Of a stretch of 64,000 bases of DNA, positions 47,793-57,395 are shown one piece after another. Numbering within the stretch: position 1 is the stretch's first letter; each line of letters starts with the position of its first letter. Origin of the DNA: Candidatus Omnitrophota bacterium (lineage in GTDB: Bacteria; Omnitrophota; Gorgyraeia; Gygaellales; Profunditerraquicolaceae); the NCBI GenBank assembly GCA_003598025.1, contig QZKH01000002.1, positions 138,133 through 202,132 on the forward strand, written 5' to 3'. Below the pieces are notes generated by a model, which saw only the letters and a list, made by a program, of their open reading frames with translations, made no database searches and was not told where the DNA came from. The position numbers were made by a program, and so were the translations under genes.

Positions 47793-49013
47793 ATGATTGA
47801 ATTTCCCGGAGGTTTCTTATGGGGTGCAGCAACTTCTGCTTACCAGGTCGAAGGAAATAATATACATAGTGACTGGTGGCAATGGGAGAAATCCGGAAAA
47901 CTGAAATTCCAATCTGGCAAGGCCTGCCTTCACTATGAACTTTATAAGGAAGATTTTAATTTAGCTAAATCACTTCACCATAACGCCCACCGCATTTCAA
48001 TAGAATGGTCGCGTATAGAACCAGCAATAGGCCAGTTTAATGAAAAAGAAATCGACCATTATAAACAGGTAATCCTGGAATTAAGGCGCAATAATATAGA
48101 GCCAATAGTCACTCTGCACCATTTTACCAATCCTGCCTGGTTTACAGAATCCGGAGGCTGGCTGGATAAAAAATGCACCTCCCATTTTATAAAATATGTT
48201 GAGAAACTACTTTACGCATTTGGGGACAAAGTCAAATACTGGATTACAATAAATGAACCATTTATTTACTCTTACTATTCATATATCGAGGGAACTTGGC
48301 CGCCGCAGGTAAAGTCGTTTAGCAAGGCAAAAAAGGTACTTAATAATCTGGCTTTAACCCATATAAAGACCTATAGGCTTATCCACGAGTATTATAAAGC
48401 AAACCGCCTTGGTTTGCCTCTGGTCAGCATAGCAAAGAATATGCAGGCATTTATGCCTTGTATCCCAAGCCTGAAAAATATATTAGCCGCCTATTTGAGA
48501 GATAGGATTTATAATCACAATATGCTTGCCTATTTTTGCCGGAAAAGAACCCTTGATTTTATAGGCGTAAATTATTACTCCAGGAGTCTGGTTGAGGTAG
48601 GCGGCTTGAGTTTGAAAAACATACTTCTGGATACCTGCCAGAATAGCCATAGTAAACTTTTGAAAAATTCCCTGGGCTGGGACATATACCCTGAGGGGCT
48701 CTTCAAAATTCTCTGCGGTCTGAAATGTTTCGGGTTACCGGTATTAATTACCGAAAACGGGATCTGCACAGAAGACGATAACCTGAGGTGGAGCTTTATC
48801 CACGACCACTTGTATAATATCAATCTGGCCGTTAGACAGGGTGTCAAAGTCATGGGTTATATTTACTGGTCGCTAATTGACAATTTTGAATGGGATAAGG
48901 GCTTTGGCCCGAGATTTGGGCTTGTAGAGGTAGATTATGCTACATTAAAGCGTAAAGTCAGAGAAAGCGCTTATAAGTATTCACAGGTGTGCAAAACCAA
49001 CAAGCTTGATTGA
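47793..49013 (+). CDS. Glycoside hydrolase family 1 (beta-glucosidase-like), probably leaderless
   Basis: FLWGAATSAYQVEG, TINEP, ITENG, WSLIDNFEW; TGnTATAAT 7 nt before ATG. Confidence 0.92.
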   Translation: MIEFPGGFLWGAATSAYQVEGNNIHSDWWQWEKSGKLKFQSGKACLHYELYKEDFNLAKSLHHNAHRISIEWSRIEPAIGQFNEKEIDHYKQVILELRRNNIEPIVTLHHFTNPAWFTESGGWLDKKCTSHFIKYVEKLLYAFGDKVKYWITINEPFIYSYYSYIEGTWPPQVKSFSKAKKVLNNLALTHIKTYRLIHEYYKANRLGLPLVSIAKNMQAFMPCIPSLKNILAAYLRDRIYNHNMLAYFCRKRTLDFIGVNYYSRSLVEVGGLSLKNILLDTCQNSHSKLLKNSLGWDIYPEGLFKILCGLKCFGLPVLITENGICTEDDNLRWSFIHDHLYNINLAVRQGVKVMGYIYWSLIDNFEWDKGFGPRFGLVEVDYATLKRKVRESAYKYSQVCKTNKLD

Positions 49014-51031
49014 TGGAGATTGAAGACAGAAACTTAATATTTGAAGATATACCTTTATTTTCCGGATTAAATAAGGAAGAGCTGGAATTTGTCAAGGAGC
49101 ACTCCAGTTTCCTTGAGCTAACAAAAGGCCAGATAGTATATGAAGAAAATTCTCCTGCCGACGCTTTTTATTGTGTTGTCTTTGGCAGGGTGGTCATTTA
49201 TACTTTGGATAATGATAAAAATAGGACCGTGCTTGAATATCTTCACAGAGGAAAATATTTCGGCATCATATCTCTCTTGACAGGTGATAACCATTCTGTT
49301 ACAGCGCAGGCGCTTAATGATTGCCTGCTTTTAATGATAAAAAAGGATGACTTCGACCTCATTCTTAAAAATATCCCGCGCCTGGCTATAGATTTAAGCC
49401 TTTCTTTGTCGCGTAGGCTCAAAGATAAGGACTTGCATCAGAAGATTATATTTGAAACGACTGTTATATCGGTTTTTAGCTCGCATTCCCTTGCCGGCAA
49501 AACCGTATATTCGCTTAATCTGGCACTCAGCCTCAGTAAAGAAACAAAAAAGAAGGTAATGATCCTTGAGGTCTTTCCTGAAGACGGGATTCACAGCCTG
49601 CCGAATAAGTTTGAAATAACATCTGGCTATAAGCCATTTAATACAAGCAAGCTGATGTTGACCGATTCAAGCCAAATCGGGGGATATATACTGAAAAACA
49701 GATTTGGCATAGACCTGATGTGCGTTTATTATAAGCCGGAGGATAAGTATTTTCTGAAGCAGTTCGTTAAGATAATAAGCTTTCTGGTGAATGATTATAA
49801 TTATATTATAGTGGATCTGCCTACGGACATGGATATAGCTGTTTTTAATATACTTAACCAGTCCGACCTTATCCATATTCTGACCTGCGGGCAAGAGGTT
49901 GATTTAGAAAAGACACGCCATCTTATTGATAGGCTGAAGTCCGAATTCCATTTTCTTGAGAACAAGATAAAGATCATCATCAATGAATATAAGTCCAGCA
50001 AGCTGAGTTATGAACAGCAGAAAGAATTCATAGGCGGGGATATATTTGCGACCCTGCCTAAAATGGAGTTTGGCTCTACCGAGAGAATGATACTGGATAA
50101 TCCGTTTTCAGAATATTCAAAAGCAGTAAGGCGTATTTCGCGTAATCTCGGTGATTGCCAGGTTGGTTTGGCGCTGGGGGTAGGTTTTGCTTATGGCTTC
50201 TGCCATATAGGCGTATTAAAAGTAATAGAAGAAGAGGGTATCCCTATTGACGTCATTTCAGGCTCGAGCATCGGCGCCCTCATAGCCGCGTTATGGGCAA
50301 CGGGAAGGAGCGCCGAGGAGATAGCCGAGATTATTGCCAGAGAGTTTAAGGAACCGAAGTTTATATGGCAGATTATAGACTTGACATTCCCAAGGCTCGG
50401 GTTTATAAAAGGGAATAAACTTTACAGGTTTTTCAAAAAATACCTTGGTAACAAGACTTTTCATGATATAAGGCTGCCTTTGTGTATTATCGCCAGCGAC
50501 GTCAAGCGCAAAGAATCCAGGGTAATAAACAGCGGGTTGCTTATAGACGCAGTTATGGCTAGCTGTTCCATGCCGGGAGTTTTCACGCCATTCAGGCTCA
50601 AAGAGGAGCTATTGCTTGACGGTGGGGTGATAAACCCGTTACCAACAGAGATACTGTTTAAAATGGGCATGCGCAAGATTATCGCAGTAAATGTCACTCC
50701 TTCCAAGGAAGACGTCATAAAGCAATATAACAGCGTAAAGAACAATTTTGACGGTATGGCAGTAAAAAGTATCAAGAAAGCAGGTTTTAGTATAAGGAAT
50801 TATTTAAAAGAGAAATTCAAGAATAACATACTGGACCTTATTTTCAGCAGTATAGAGATGATGCAGTCCGAAATGGCAGGTAAGGAAGCCCAGCTCGCAG
50901 ATATCGTGCTTCATCCGGATACCAAGGGCCTTTATTGGCTGGAACTGCATAAGGTTGAAGATTTTGCAAAGAGGGGAGAACAGGAAGCCAGGGCAAATCT
51001 TGAAAAAATAAAACAGCTAGTAAATGAATAG
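49010..51031 (+). CDS. cNMP-binding + MinD/ParA-like + patatin phospholipase multidomain protein
   Basis: IPLFSGL/FGIISLL cNMP domain; AGKT and IIVDLP ATPase-like region; GSSIG and DGG patatin motifs. Confidence 0.82.
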   Translation: MMEIEDRNLIFEDIPLFSGLNKEELEFVKEHSSFLELTKGQIVYEENSPADAFYCVVFGRVVIYTLDNDKNRTVLEYLHRGKYFGIISLLTGDNHSVTAQALNDCLLLMIKKDDFDLILKNIPRLAIDLSLSLSRRLKDKDLHQKIIFETTVISVFSSHSLAGKTVYSLNLALSLSKETKKKVMILEVFPEDGIHSLPNKFEITSGYKPFNTSKLMLTDSSQIGGYILKNRFGIDLMCVYYKPEDKYFLKQFVKIISFLVNDYNYIIVDLPTDMDIAVFNILNQSDLIHILTCGQEVDLEKTRHLIDRLKSEFHFLENKIKIIINEYKSSKLSYEQQKEFIGGDIFATLPKMEFGSTERMILDNPFSEYSKAVRRISRNLGDCQVGLALGVGFAYGFCHIGVLKVIEEEGIPIDVISGSSIGALIAALWATGRSAEEIAEIIAREFKEPKFIWQIIDLTFPRLGFIKGNKLYRFFKKYLGNKTFHDIRLPLCIIASDVKRKESRVINSGLLIDAVMASCSMPGVFTPFRLKEELLLDGGVINPLPTEILFKMGMRKIIAVNVTPSKEDVIKQYNSVKNNFDGMAVKSIKKAGFSIRNYLKEKFKNNILDLIFSSIEMMQSEMAGKEAQLADIVLHPDTKGLYWLELHKVEDFAKRGEQEARANLEKIKQLVNE

Positions 51032-51049
51032 CAAAAATACGGAGGAAGT

Positions 51050-51508
51050 ATGAATAGGGGGAATTTAAAAAAGTTAAAGAGGCGTCTTTTAACGTTATTT
51101 GTTATATCGGTAGTTACTTCCTGCCTGGCAGGTTGCGCAGGGCTCAAGGAAGCAACCAGGGGCGTTATGGGCACATCGACAAAAATACTTGAAGAAGGTA
51201 AAGCAGAAGCAGTAAAGAAATCTTTTCAAATTGATTACAATTCCTGCGATGCCTCAATCAGGAAGACCTTAAAAAGAATAGGGGCTTATATTTACAGGGA
51301 TGATCCGGAAAAAAGAATGATCGCCGTTTATCTTTCTTACGAGGATACTACGCCTGTGGGCATATTCCTTACCGGGATAGATGCAGCTAACACTCAGATA
51401 GAGGTATCTTCTCCGAGCAAATATGCAAAAGAATTCATCGCCCAAAAAATATTTTTTGCCATTGAGAACCCCAAAGAAGCAGAAGGAGAAACAAATGAGA
51501 TCAAGTAA
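51050..51508 (+). CDS. Hypothetical lipoprotein
   Basis: LAGC lipobox, RBS GGAGG. Confidence 0.65.
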   Translation: MNRGNLKKLKRRLLTLFVISVVTSCLAGCAGLKEATRGVMGTSTKILEEGKAEAVKKSFQIDYNSCDASIRKTLKRIGAYIYRDDPEKRMIAVYLSYEDTTPVGIFLTGIDAANTQIEVSSPSKYAKEFIAQKIFFAIENPKEAEGETNEIK

Positions 51509-51803
51509 ATGGAACATAGATAAATATATCACCGAATGCCATAGTATAGCCAGGCAGAAAGGCTGGTGGGATGCTCAGCGTAGTGACGGAGAACTCATTG
51601 CTTTAATGCATTCCGAGCTTTCGGAGGCCCTGGAAGCTATGCGCGGGCATGGCACCAAAGATAACATCGCCGAAGAGCTGGCTGATTGTTGTATAAGGAT
51701 ATTTGATTATTGCGGAGCAAAGAATATCGAGCTGGATAAAATGCTGAGAAAAAAGATAGAATACAATAAAACAAGGCCTTACAGGCATGGAAAGAAATTC
51801 TAG
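51495..51803 (+). CDS. MazG-like NTP pyrophosphohydrolase
   Basis: LMHSELSEALEA, EELAD..IR, K..YNKTRPYRHG; start MRSSKW. Confidence 0.75.
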   Translation: MRSSKWNIDKYITECHSIARQKGWWDAQRSDGELIALMHSELSEALEAMRGHGTKDNIAEELADCCIRIFDYCGAKNIELDKMLRKKIEYNKTRPYRHGKKF

Positions 51804-52455
51804 GGGTTTTTGGAGCGCTTACGAAGCCAAGCTATTTGATAAAAAAGTTAATGCCCGTATCGGCATTCCGGTTCTGCTGCTTATGGAAAATGCCGGCAGC
51901 GCAGTAGCTTATCATGCGCTGCGTATGCTTGGTAAAAGAAAAAAAGTTGTAATTTTCTGCGGGAAGGGGAATAATGGAGGGGACGGTCTGGTAGCTGGCC
52001 GTCATCTTGTTTCAATGGGTGTTAAGCCAGATATTTTTATGTTAGGAGGCTCGCATAATTTAAAGAGCGCTTCTTTGGTAAATTTTTTGATTTTAAAGAA
52101 ATTAGGGCAAAAAATATCAGAATTAAACAGCAATAGTATAAGTCGCTTAAAAAAGACGATTTCATCTTACGATTTGATTATTGACGCCATCTTTGGCGTA
52201 GGCCTCAGGAATGAGGTTGGCGGCCTTTATGCCGATGTGATTGGATTAATCAATTCTTCCGGTTGCAGTGTTTTGTCAGTTGATTTACCTTCAGGGATGA
52301 ATGCAGATACAGGCATGGCCATGGGGGATTGCGTAAAAGCCGACAGGACAGTAACTTTTATGATGAAAAAAGCCGGGATGTGTAATAAAATAGGGCTTAG
52401 TTATTGCGGTAAGATAATAGTAAGCAATTTAGGGGTACCGAAAACAACTGTTTAA
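51787..52455 (+). CDS. nnrE: NAD(P)H-hydrate epimerase (YjeF N-terminal)
   Basis: LMENAG, GKGNNGGDG, DAIFGVG, SVDLPSG. Confidence 0.9.
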   Translation: MERNSRGFWSAYEAKLFDKKVNARIGIPVLLLMENAGSAVAYHALRMLGKRKKVVIFCGKGNNGGDGLVAGRHLVSMGVKPDIFMLGGSHNLKSASLVNFLILKKLGQKISELNSNSISRLKKTISSYDLIIDAIFGVGLRNEVGGLYADVIGLINSSGCSVLSVDLPSGMNADTGMAMGDCVKADRTVTFMMKKAGMCNKIGLSYCGKIIVSNLGVPKTTV

Positions 52456-52467
52456 CAAGGAGGCAAA

Positions 52468-52701
52468 ATGCCGTACGATACAAGTCTTGATGAGCAACTG
52501 TTCCAGAAGGAATGGGAATCGGAGAATACAAAGATTGTTATAAGCGTCCATTCCTATAATAAAGGCGCAAAGAAACTTCAGGTTACCAGGGAAGTCAAGG
52601 ATAAAGAGGGAAATTTTATTTATGCCAAACTTGGAAGGATGTCTAAAGAAGAAGTCGAAGGCATAATGCCCCTCATTGAAGAAGCTTTAAAAAAGATGTA
52701 A
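52468..52701 (+). CDS. Small hypothetical protein
   Basis: 77 aa, strong AAGGAGG RBS. Confidence 0.65.
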   Translation: MPYDTSLDEQLFQKEWESENTKIVISVHSYNKGAKKLQVTREVKDKEGNFIYAKLGRMSKEEVEGIMPLIEEALKKM

Positions 52702-52739
52702 GTATCTGGATATTTAGTTGTATCTGTAAAGCAGACTGT

Positions 52740-54308
52740 ATGAAAAATAGATTAAAAAGGGATAGCTGGGGCTCAAGGCTCGGAGTTATTATGGCTGTTG
52801 CCGGTTCAGCCATTGGTTTGGGAAATTTTTTAAGGTTTCCTGCCAAGGCAGCTTCTAACGGCGGCGGCGCTTTCATGATCCCTTATTTTATTTCATTATT
52901 TTTATTAGGCATACCGCTTATGTGGGTAGAGTGGACCCTGGGGCGGTTCGGAGGGGGGTTTGAGCACGGCACAGCTCCGGGAATATTTCATAGCCTTTTA
53001 AAGAAAAACAGATTTATTAAATATTTCGGCGTCATAGGTATATTCGGCCCGCTGGTAATCTTTATTTATTATACCTACATAGAATCTTGGACCCTGGCTT
53101 ATAGTTTTTTCTCGATTGTTGGGAAATACAGCCGCATAGCAGATCAGGGCGTTATGCAGAGTTTCTTAAGGGGTTTTCAGGGGCTTGAATCAAACATCTT
53201 TTTTAATAGCCTTGGGCCCGCATATATCTTTTTTCTCATAACATTTATCGTCAATATAAGCGTCATATATTATGGCATAAGGTCAGGTATAGAAAGATTG
53301 TGCAAGATCGCCATGCCTTTTTTGTTCTTCTGCGGGCTTATACTTATGGTGCGTACATTAACCCTGGGAGCACCGGATGCGCTTAAGCCTGACTGGAATG
53401 TTTCTAACGGCTTCGGCTTCTTATGGAACCCGGATTTTACGGCATTAAAATCCGCCAAGGTTTGGCTTGAGGCTGCAGGCCAGATATTTTTTACTTTAAG
53501 CGTAGGTATAGGTGTCATTTTAACCTACGCAAGTTATCTTTCTAAAGGAGACGATGTAGTTTTGTCCGGCTTGAGCGCGGCCAGCACTAATGAGGTGGCA
53601 GAAGTAATATTGGGTGCCAGTATAATCATACCGGCAGCCTTCACATTCTTTGGCCCTTATCAGATACAAGAGATAGCTAATTCAGGAGTTTTTAATCTTG
53701 GATTTGTCACAATGCCTTTGATAGTTAACCATCTTCCCTTATCCGAGTTGTTTGGGTTCTTATGGTTCTTTCTTTTGTTTATAGCCGGCGTTACTTCCTC
53801 GGTTTCTTTAGCCCAGCCTGCTATCGCTTTTCTTGAAGATGAGTTTGATATCGGCAGAAAAAAAGCGGTAGCAATATTTGGGGTAGTATCATTTTTATTA
53901 TGCCAGCCGGCAATATTTTTCCTTAAAAACGGCGTTGTTGACGAATTGGATTTCTGGGGGGGGACATTCTTCCTGGTAGTTTTTGCCACTATAGAGGTTA
54001 TACTTTTTGCCTGGATTTTCGGGATGGAAAAAGCCTGGGATGAGATTCATAAAGGCGCAGATATGAGGGTGCCGCAGGTTTATAAATTTATTATTAAGTA
54101 CATTACCCCTTTATTTCTGTTTGCAATACTGGGGATGTGGTTTTGGCAGGAATGGCTGCCGATAATACTGCTTAAAGGTGTTTCTGCTTCTAATATGCCT
54201 TTTATAATCAGCACCAGGGCGGGGTTATTTATTATATTGCTTACTTTGATAATTTTAGTTAAGATAGCTTGGAGCAGGAAAATAACCGCGTCGGAGAATA
54301 TAAGATGA
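52740..54308 (+). CDS. Sodium-dependent NSS/SNF-family (LeuT-like) amino acid transporter
   Basis: GSAIGLGNFLRFP, GGGAFMIPY, GQIFFTLS. Confidence 0.92.
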   Translation: MKNRLKRDSWGSRLGVIMAVAGSAIGLGNFLRFPAKAASNGGGAFMIPYFISLFLLGIPLMWVEWTLGRFGGGFEHGTAPGIFHSLLKKNRFIKYFGVIGIFGPLVIFIYYTYIESWTLAYSFFSIVGKYSRIADQGVMQSFLRGFQGLESNIFFNSLGPAYIFFLITFIVNISVIYYGIRSGIERLCKIAMPFLFFCGLILMVRTLTLGAPDALKPDWNVSNGFGFLWNPDFTALKSAKVWLEAAGQIFFTLSVGIGVILTYASYLSKGDDVVLSGLSAASTNEVAEVILGASIIIPAAFTFFGPYQIQEIANSGVFNLGFVTMPLIVNHLPLSELFGFLWFFLLFIAGVTSSVSLAQPAIAFLEDEFDIGRKKAVAIFGVVSFLLCQPAIFFLKNGVVDELDFWGGTFFLVVFATIEVILFAWIFGMEKAWDEIHKGADMRVPQVYKFIIKYITPLFLFAILGMWFWQEWLPIILLKGVSASNMPFIISTRAGLFIILLTLIILVKIAWSRKITASENIR

Positions 54309-54409
54309 ATCTGGCCGGCTGGGTACTTTTAATTTTATCTTGGGGGACTATATTGTATCTGACAGTAGTCTGTTTTAAAAGAGTTTTGACAAAAAAGGTG
54401 CTTAAATGA
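54305..54409 (+). CDS. 34-aa single-TM peptide, candidate MetS-like small subunit of NSS transporter
   Basis: MNLAGWVLLILSWGTILYLTVVCFKRVLTKKVLK; ATGA overlaps with both neighbours. Confidence 0.65.
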   Translation: MNLAGWVLLILSWGTILYLTVVCFKRVLTKKVLK

Positions 54410-54792
54410 AAAGGATATTTTGTTGTTTTGTCTTGGTTATGTTTTTATGTTCTGTTATTTCCGGATGCGCACCGCTTATAGTCGGTGCCGCAGTCGGCGG
54501 AGTAGCTATGTATGCTGTCAGCAAAGATACGATCCAGGGAGAGACCGACCGGGACTATGATTCTTTATGGAATGCCGCGCTGCTGGTATCGCGCATACGC
54601 GGGAATATCAAGAAAGACGATTATATGAAAGGGTATATAGAGGCAGAGATTGATTCAAGCAGGGTCTATATCCGGCTTAGCAGGGTAACGAGCTCTACCA
54701 TTAAACTGCGGGTATCTGCGCGTAAATACCATTTTCCAAATTTAACATTAGCCCAGGATTTATTTGTCAGGATTGTCGAGGAAGCCAAGTGA
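54406..54792 (+). CDS. Hypothetical lipoprotein (DUF3568-like)
   Basis: ISGC lipobox followed by glycine-zipper-like GAAVGG. Confidence 0.6.
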   Translation: MKRIFCCFVLVMFLCSVISGCAPLIVGAAVGGVAMYAVSKDTIQGETDRDYDSLWNAALLVSRIRGNIKKDDYMKGYIEAEIDSSRVYIRLSRVTSSTIKLRVSARKYHFPNLTLAQDLFVRIVEEAK

Positions 54793-55487
54793 GCAATATA
54801 GCTAATTTTGTTACCTTCCTGAGCCTTTTTTGCGGTTTTTTCTCAATAGTCTTTTCGTTAGAAGGCCATTTTACTTTTGCCTGCTGGGCAATAATATGTT
54901 CAGTAGTATTTGACGGGCTGGACGGCAAAGTGGCAAGGTTCATATCTAAATCAAGCCCTTTGGGCAAAGAACTGGATTCTTTAGTTGATGTGATATGTTT
55001 TGGCCTGGCTCCGGCAATCCTGGGTTACATCTTTGTATATAGAAATTTTTTCATCTGGGCATTTGTTTCTTTATTCATATATCTTTCTTGCAGCGTTATG
55101 CGCCTGGCGATATACAACATCATTTCAGGCCAACGGCATAATAATTATTTCCTTGGCTTGCCTACTACTGCTTCAGGAGGCGTTTTAGCTTCGTTTATTT
55201 TGATATATAGAAGATATGCAGATGCGCCTGCGCCGGTAACATTTCTTTTTCTTGTGGTTATCCTTTCAGTGCTAATGGTCTCTAGGATAAAATACCCGAA
55301 TTTAAGCGCAATAAGAAAAATGACGGATAACTATGTGCGCCCTATTGCGGCAGTATTAATAGTTATTTTCTTGTTTTTAATATGGTTCTATCTGCGTTTT
55401 ACTGTATTCCCGGCTGAAGTAATCATATTTGTTATTTTCTCAGGCTATTTAATATTTTCTCCTTTTCTTTATAAGAAATTTGTGTAA
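54789..55487 (+). CDS. pssA: CDP-diacylglycerol--serine O-phosphatidyltransferase
   Basis: DGLDGKVAR...GKELDSLVD CDP-OH motif, RLAIYN, FLGLP. Confidence 0.88.
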   Translation: MSNIANFVTFLSLFCGFFSIVFSLEGHFTFACWAIICSVVFDGLDGKVARFISKSSPLGKELDSLVDVICFGLAPAILGYIFVYRNFFIWAFVSLFIYLSCSVMRLAIYNIISGQRHNNYFLGLPTTASGGVLASFILIYRRYADAPAPVTFLFLVVILSVLMVSRIKYPNLSAIRKMTDNYVRPIAAVLIVIFLFLIWFYLRFTVFPAEVIIFVIFSGYLIFSPFLYKKFV

Positions 55488-55496
55488 AATATATTA

Positions 55497-55546
55497 GTTC
55501 ATGGTTCATAGTTGATAGTTCATAGATCATAGACGATTATTCATAG
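55497..55546 (+). repeat. Heptamer tandem array (GTTCATA)x7 degenerate, immediately 5' of tRNA-Phe
   Basis: GTTCATG GTTCATA GTTGATA GTTCATA GATCATA GACGATT ATTCATA. Confidence 0.8.
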
Positions 55547-55549
55547 ATT

Positions 55550-55621
55550 GCCGAGGTAGCTCAGTGGTAGAGCGCAGCCCTGAAAAGGCTGGCGTGGGGA
55601 GTCCGATTCTCCCCCTCGGCA
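55550..55621 (+). tRNA. tRNA-Phe (GAA)
   Basis: Acceptor GCCGAGG/CCTCGGC, anticodon arm CAGCC-CTGAAAA-GGCTG, T-loop TCCGATT; CCA not encoded. Confidence 0.9.
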
Positions 55622-55768
55622 CTTTTTTAAGATACAGGATTAATGTCTCCCCACGCCAAAAGGGGTGTGGGGAAAAAGTTTCCCCACGTTTGGGGGAGAA
55701 CAGTACGCCTGAGGCGGACGTTAGGAGGGGGCTTGCCCACTCCTAAGGAGTGAGTGTAAACGAACGAC

Positions 55769-55806
55769 GCGTGGGGGAGTCCGATTCTCCCCCTCGGCAC
55801 TTTTTT
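55769..55806 (+). repeat. Direct repeat of tRNA-Phe 3' half (att-like)
   Basis: GCGTGGGGGAGTCCGATTCTCCCCCTCGGCACTTTTTT vs 55592-55628 (one extra G). Confidence 0.85.
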
Positions 55807-55859
55807 CTAAATACACACCTTTATCTTTAAATAAAATTAAAAATATTAAGGAGCTTAAC

Positions 55860-56609
55860 ATGTATAAAATAGTTTTATTGCGCCATGGTGAGAGCACTTG
55901 GAATAAGGAAAACAGATTCACCGGATGGACTGATGTGGACCTTTCGGATAAGGGCATTAAAGAAGCCGGAAAAGCCGGCCAGATCCTGAAGAAAGAAGGC
56001 TTTATTTTTGATATAGCTTTCACTTCTGTTTTAAAGAGGGCAATACGCACCTTGTGGATCGTCCTTGAGGAAATGGACCTTATGTGGATACCGGTTATAA
56101 ATTCCTGGAGATTGAATGAGCGGCATTACGGTTCATTGCAGGGTTTAAATAAATCAGAGATGGCTGCAAAATTCGGTGATAAGCAGGTTTTGATCTGGAG
56201 AAGAAGTTACGATGTCCCTCCGCCGCCTTTGGAAGAAAATGATGAACGTTCTCCTAAAAAAGACCCGCGTTACAAGGATATGGATCCCAAAGATATACCA
56301 TTGACAGAATGCCTTAAGGATACCGTTATCCGCTTTCTGCCATATTGGCATGAAACAATCGCCCCGTCAATTAAGTCAGGCAAGCGTGTTATAATAGCCG
56401 CTCACGGCAATAGCCTGCGCGCTTTAGTCAAATACCTTGATAAGGTTTCTGATGAAGAGATAGTGCATCTAAATATCCCCACTGGCATGCCTCTTGTTTA
56501 TGAATTAGATAAGGATTTAAAACCAATTAAGCATTATTATTTAGGAGACCCTGAAGAAGTAAAGAAAGCAATGGAGGCAGTAGCTGCCCAGGGTAAAGCT
56601 AAGAAATAG
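55860..56609 (+). CDS. gpmA: 2,3-BPG-dependent phosphoglycerate mutase
   Basis: [26 protein letters not shown]. Confidence 0.96.
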   Translation: MYKIVLLRHGESTWNKENRFTGWTDVDLSDKGIKEAGKAGQILKKEGFIFDIAFTSVLKRAIRTLWIVLEEMDLMWIPVINSWRLNERHYGSLQGLNKSEMAAKFGDKQVLIWRRSYDVPPPPLEENDERSPKKDPRYKDMDPKDIPLTECLKDTVIRFLPYWHETIAPSIKSGKRVIIAAHGNSLRALVKYLDKVSDEEIVHLNIPTGMPLVYELDKDLKPIKHYYLGDPEEVKKAMEAVAAQGKAKK

Positions 56610-56615
56610 AAGGCC

Positions 56616-57110
56616 ATGGCAAATTTCTCTTTTGATATTGTTTCTGAGGTAGACTTGCAGGAGATGGATAATGCAGTAAATCAGGCGCTTAAAGAACTAA
56701 GCCAGCGCTATGATTTTAAGGGGAGCAAGGCAACTATCGAATACGACAGGAAAGAGAAAAAAATAATTTTAATCGCAGAGGATGATTTTAAATTGCGTTC
56801 TCTTACCGATATACTGGCTACCAGGATGGCCAAAAGAGGTATTTCGCTTAAAGCGCTTAAGTTTAATGACCCTGAAAAGGCCTTTGGCGACCAGATAAGG
56901 CAGACTTTAGAGATACGCATGGGCATAGACAAAGAGAAAGCAAAAGAGCTTACCGGAATAATAAAGAACCTTGGGTTCAAAGTGCAGGCGCAAATCGAAG
57001 GGGAAAAAATAAAAGTCAGTTCTGCAAAAAAAGATGAACTTCAGGCAGTTATTGTGCATCTGAAGGGCTTGAATTTCTCAATTCCGCTTAATTTCTGCAA
57101 TTATCGTTGA
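56616..57110 (+). CDS. yajQ: YajQ-family cyclic di-GMP/nucleotide-binding protein
   Basis: SFDIVSEVDLQE.DNAVNQ, RYDFKG, NYR end. Confidence 0.92.
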   Translation: MANFSFDIVSEVDLQEMDNAVNQALKELSQRYDFKGSKATIEYDRKEKKIILIAEDDFKLRSLTDILATRMAKRGISLKALKFNDPEKAFGDQIRQTLEIRMGIDKEKAKELTGIIKNLGFKVQAQIEGEKIKVSSAKKDELQAVIVHLKGLNFSIPLNFCNYR

Positions 57111-57139
57111 CCACACAAACCTTATTTAGGCAAATAAAT

Positions 57140-57169
57140 AAAAAACCGCTTCAAAAGAAGCGGTTTTTT
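57140..57169. terminator. Bidirectional intrinsic terminator between yajQ and cspA
   Basis: AAAAAACCGCTTC-AAAA-GAAGCGGTTTTTT. Confidence 0.9.
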
Positions 57170-57194
57170 ATGCTGCTATTTATACGCTAACTAA

Positions 57195-57395
57195 TTATAG
57201 CTTAGTCACGTTAGTAGCTTGTTCACCTTTTGGCCCCTGGGTGATATCAAATTCTACCTCTTGGCCTTCAGCTAAGGTTTTATATCCCTCGCCCTTTATG
57301 GCGCTGTGATGGACAAAGACATCTTTGCCGTTTTCGGTAGTTATAAAACCGTAACCCTTTTGGTTCGAGAACCACTTTACTTTACCCTTTGACAT
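57195..57395 (-). CDS. cspA: Cold shock protein
   Basis: GKVKWF, KGYGFI, DVFVHHS. Confidence 0.96.
   Translation of the reverse strand: MSKGKVKWFSNQKGYGFITTENGKDVFVHHSAIKGEGYKTLAEGQEVEFDITQGPKGEQATNVTKL

Noticed and set aside
55564-55746. 60-aa ORF from the track
   Set aside because: Overlaps tRNA-Phe and the hairpin spacer; no RBS
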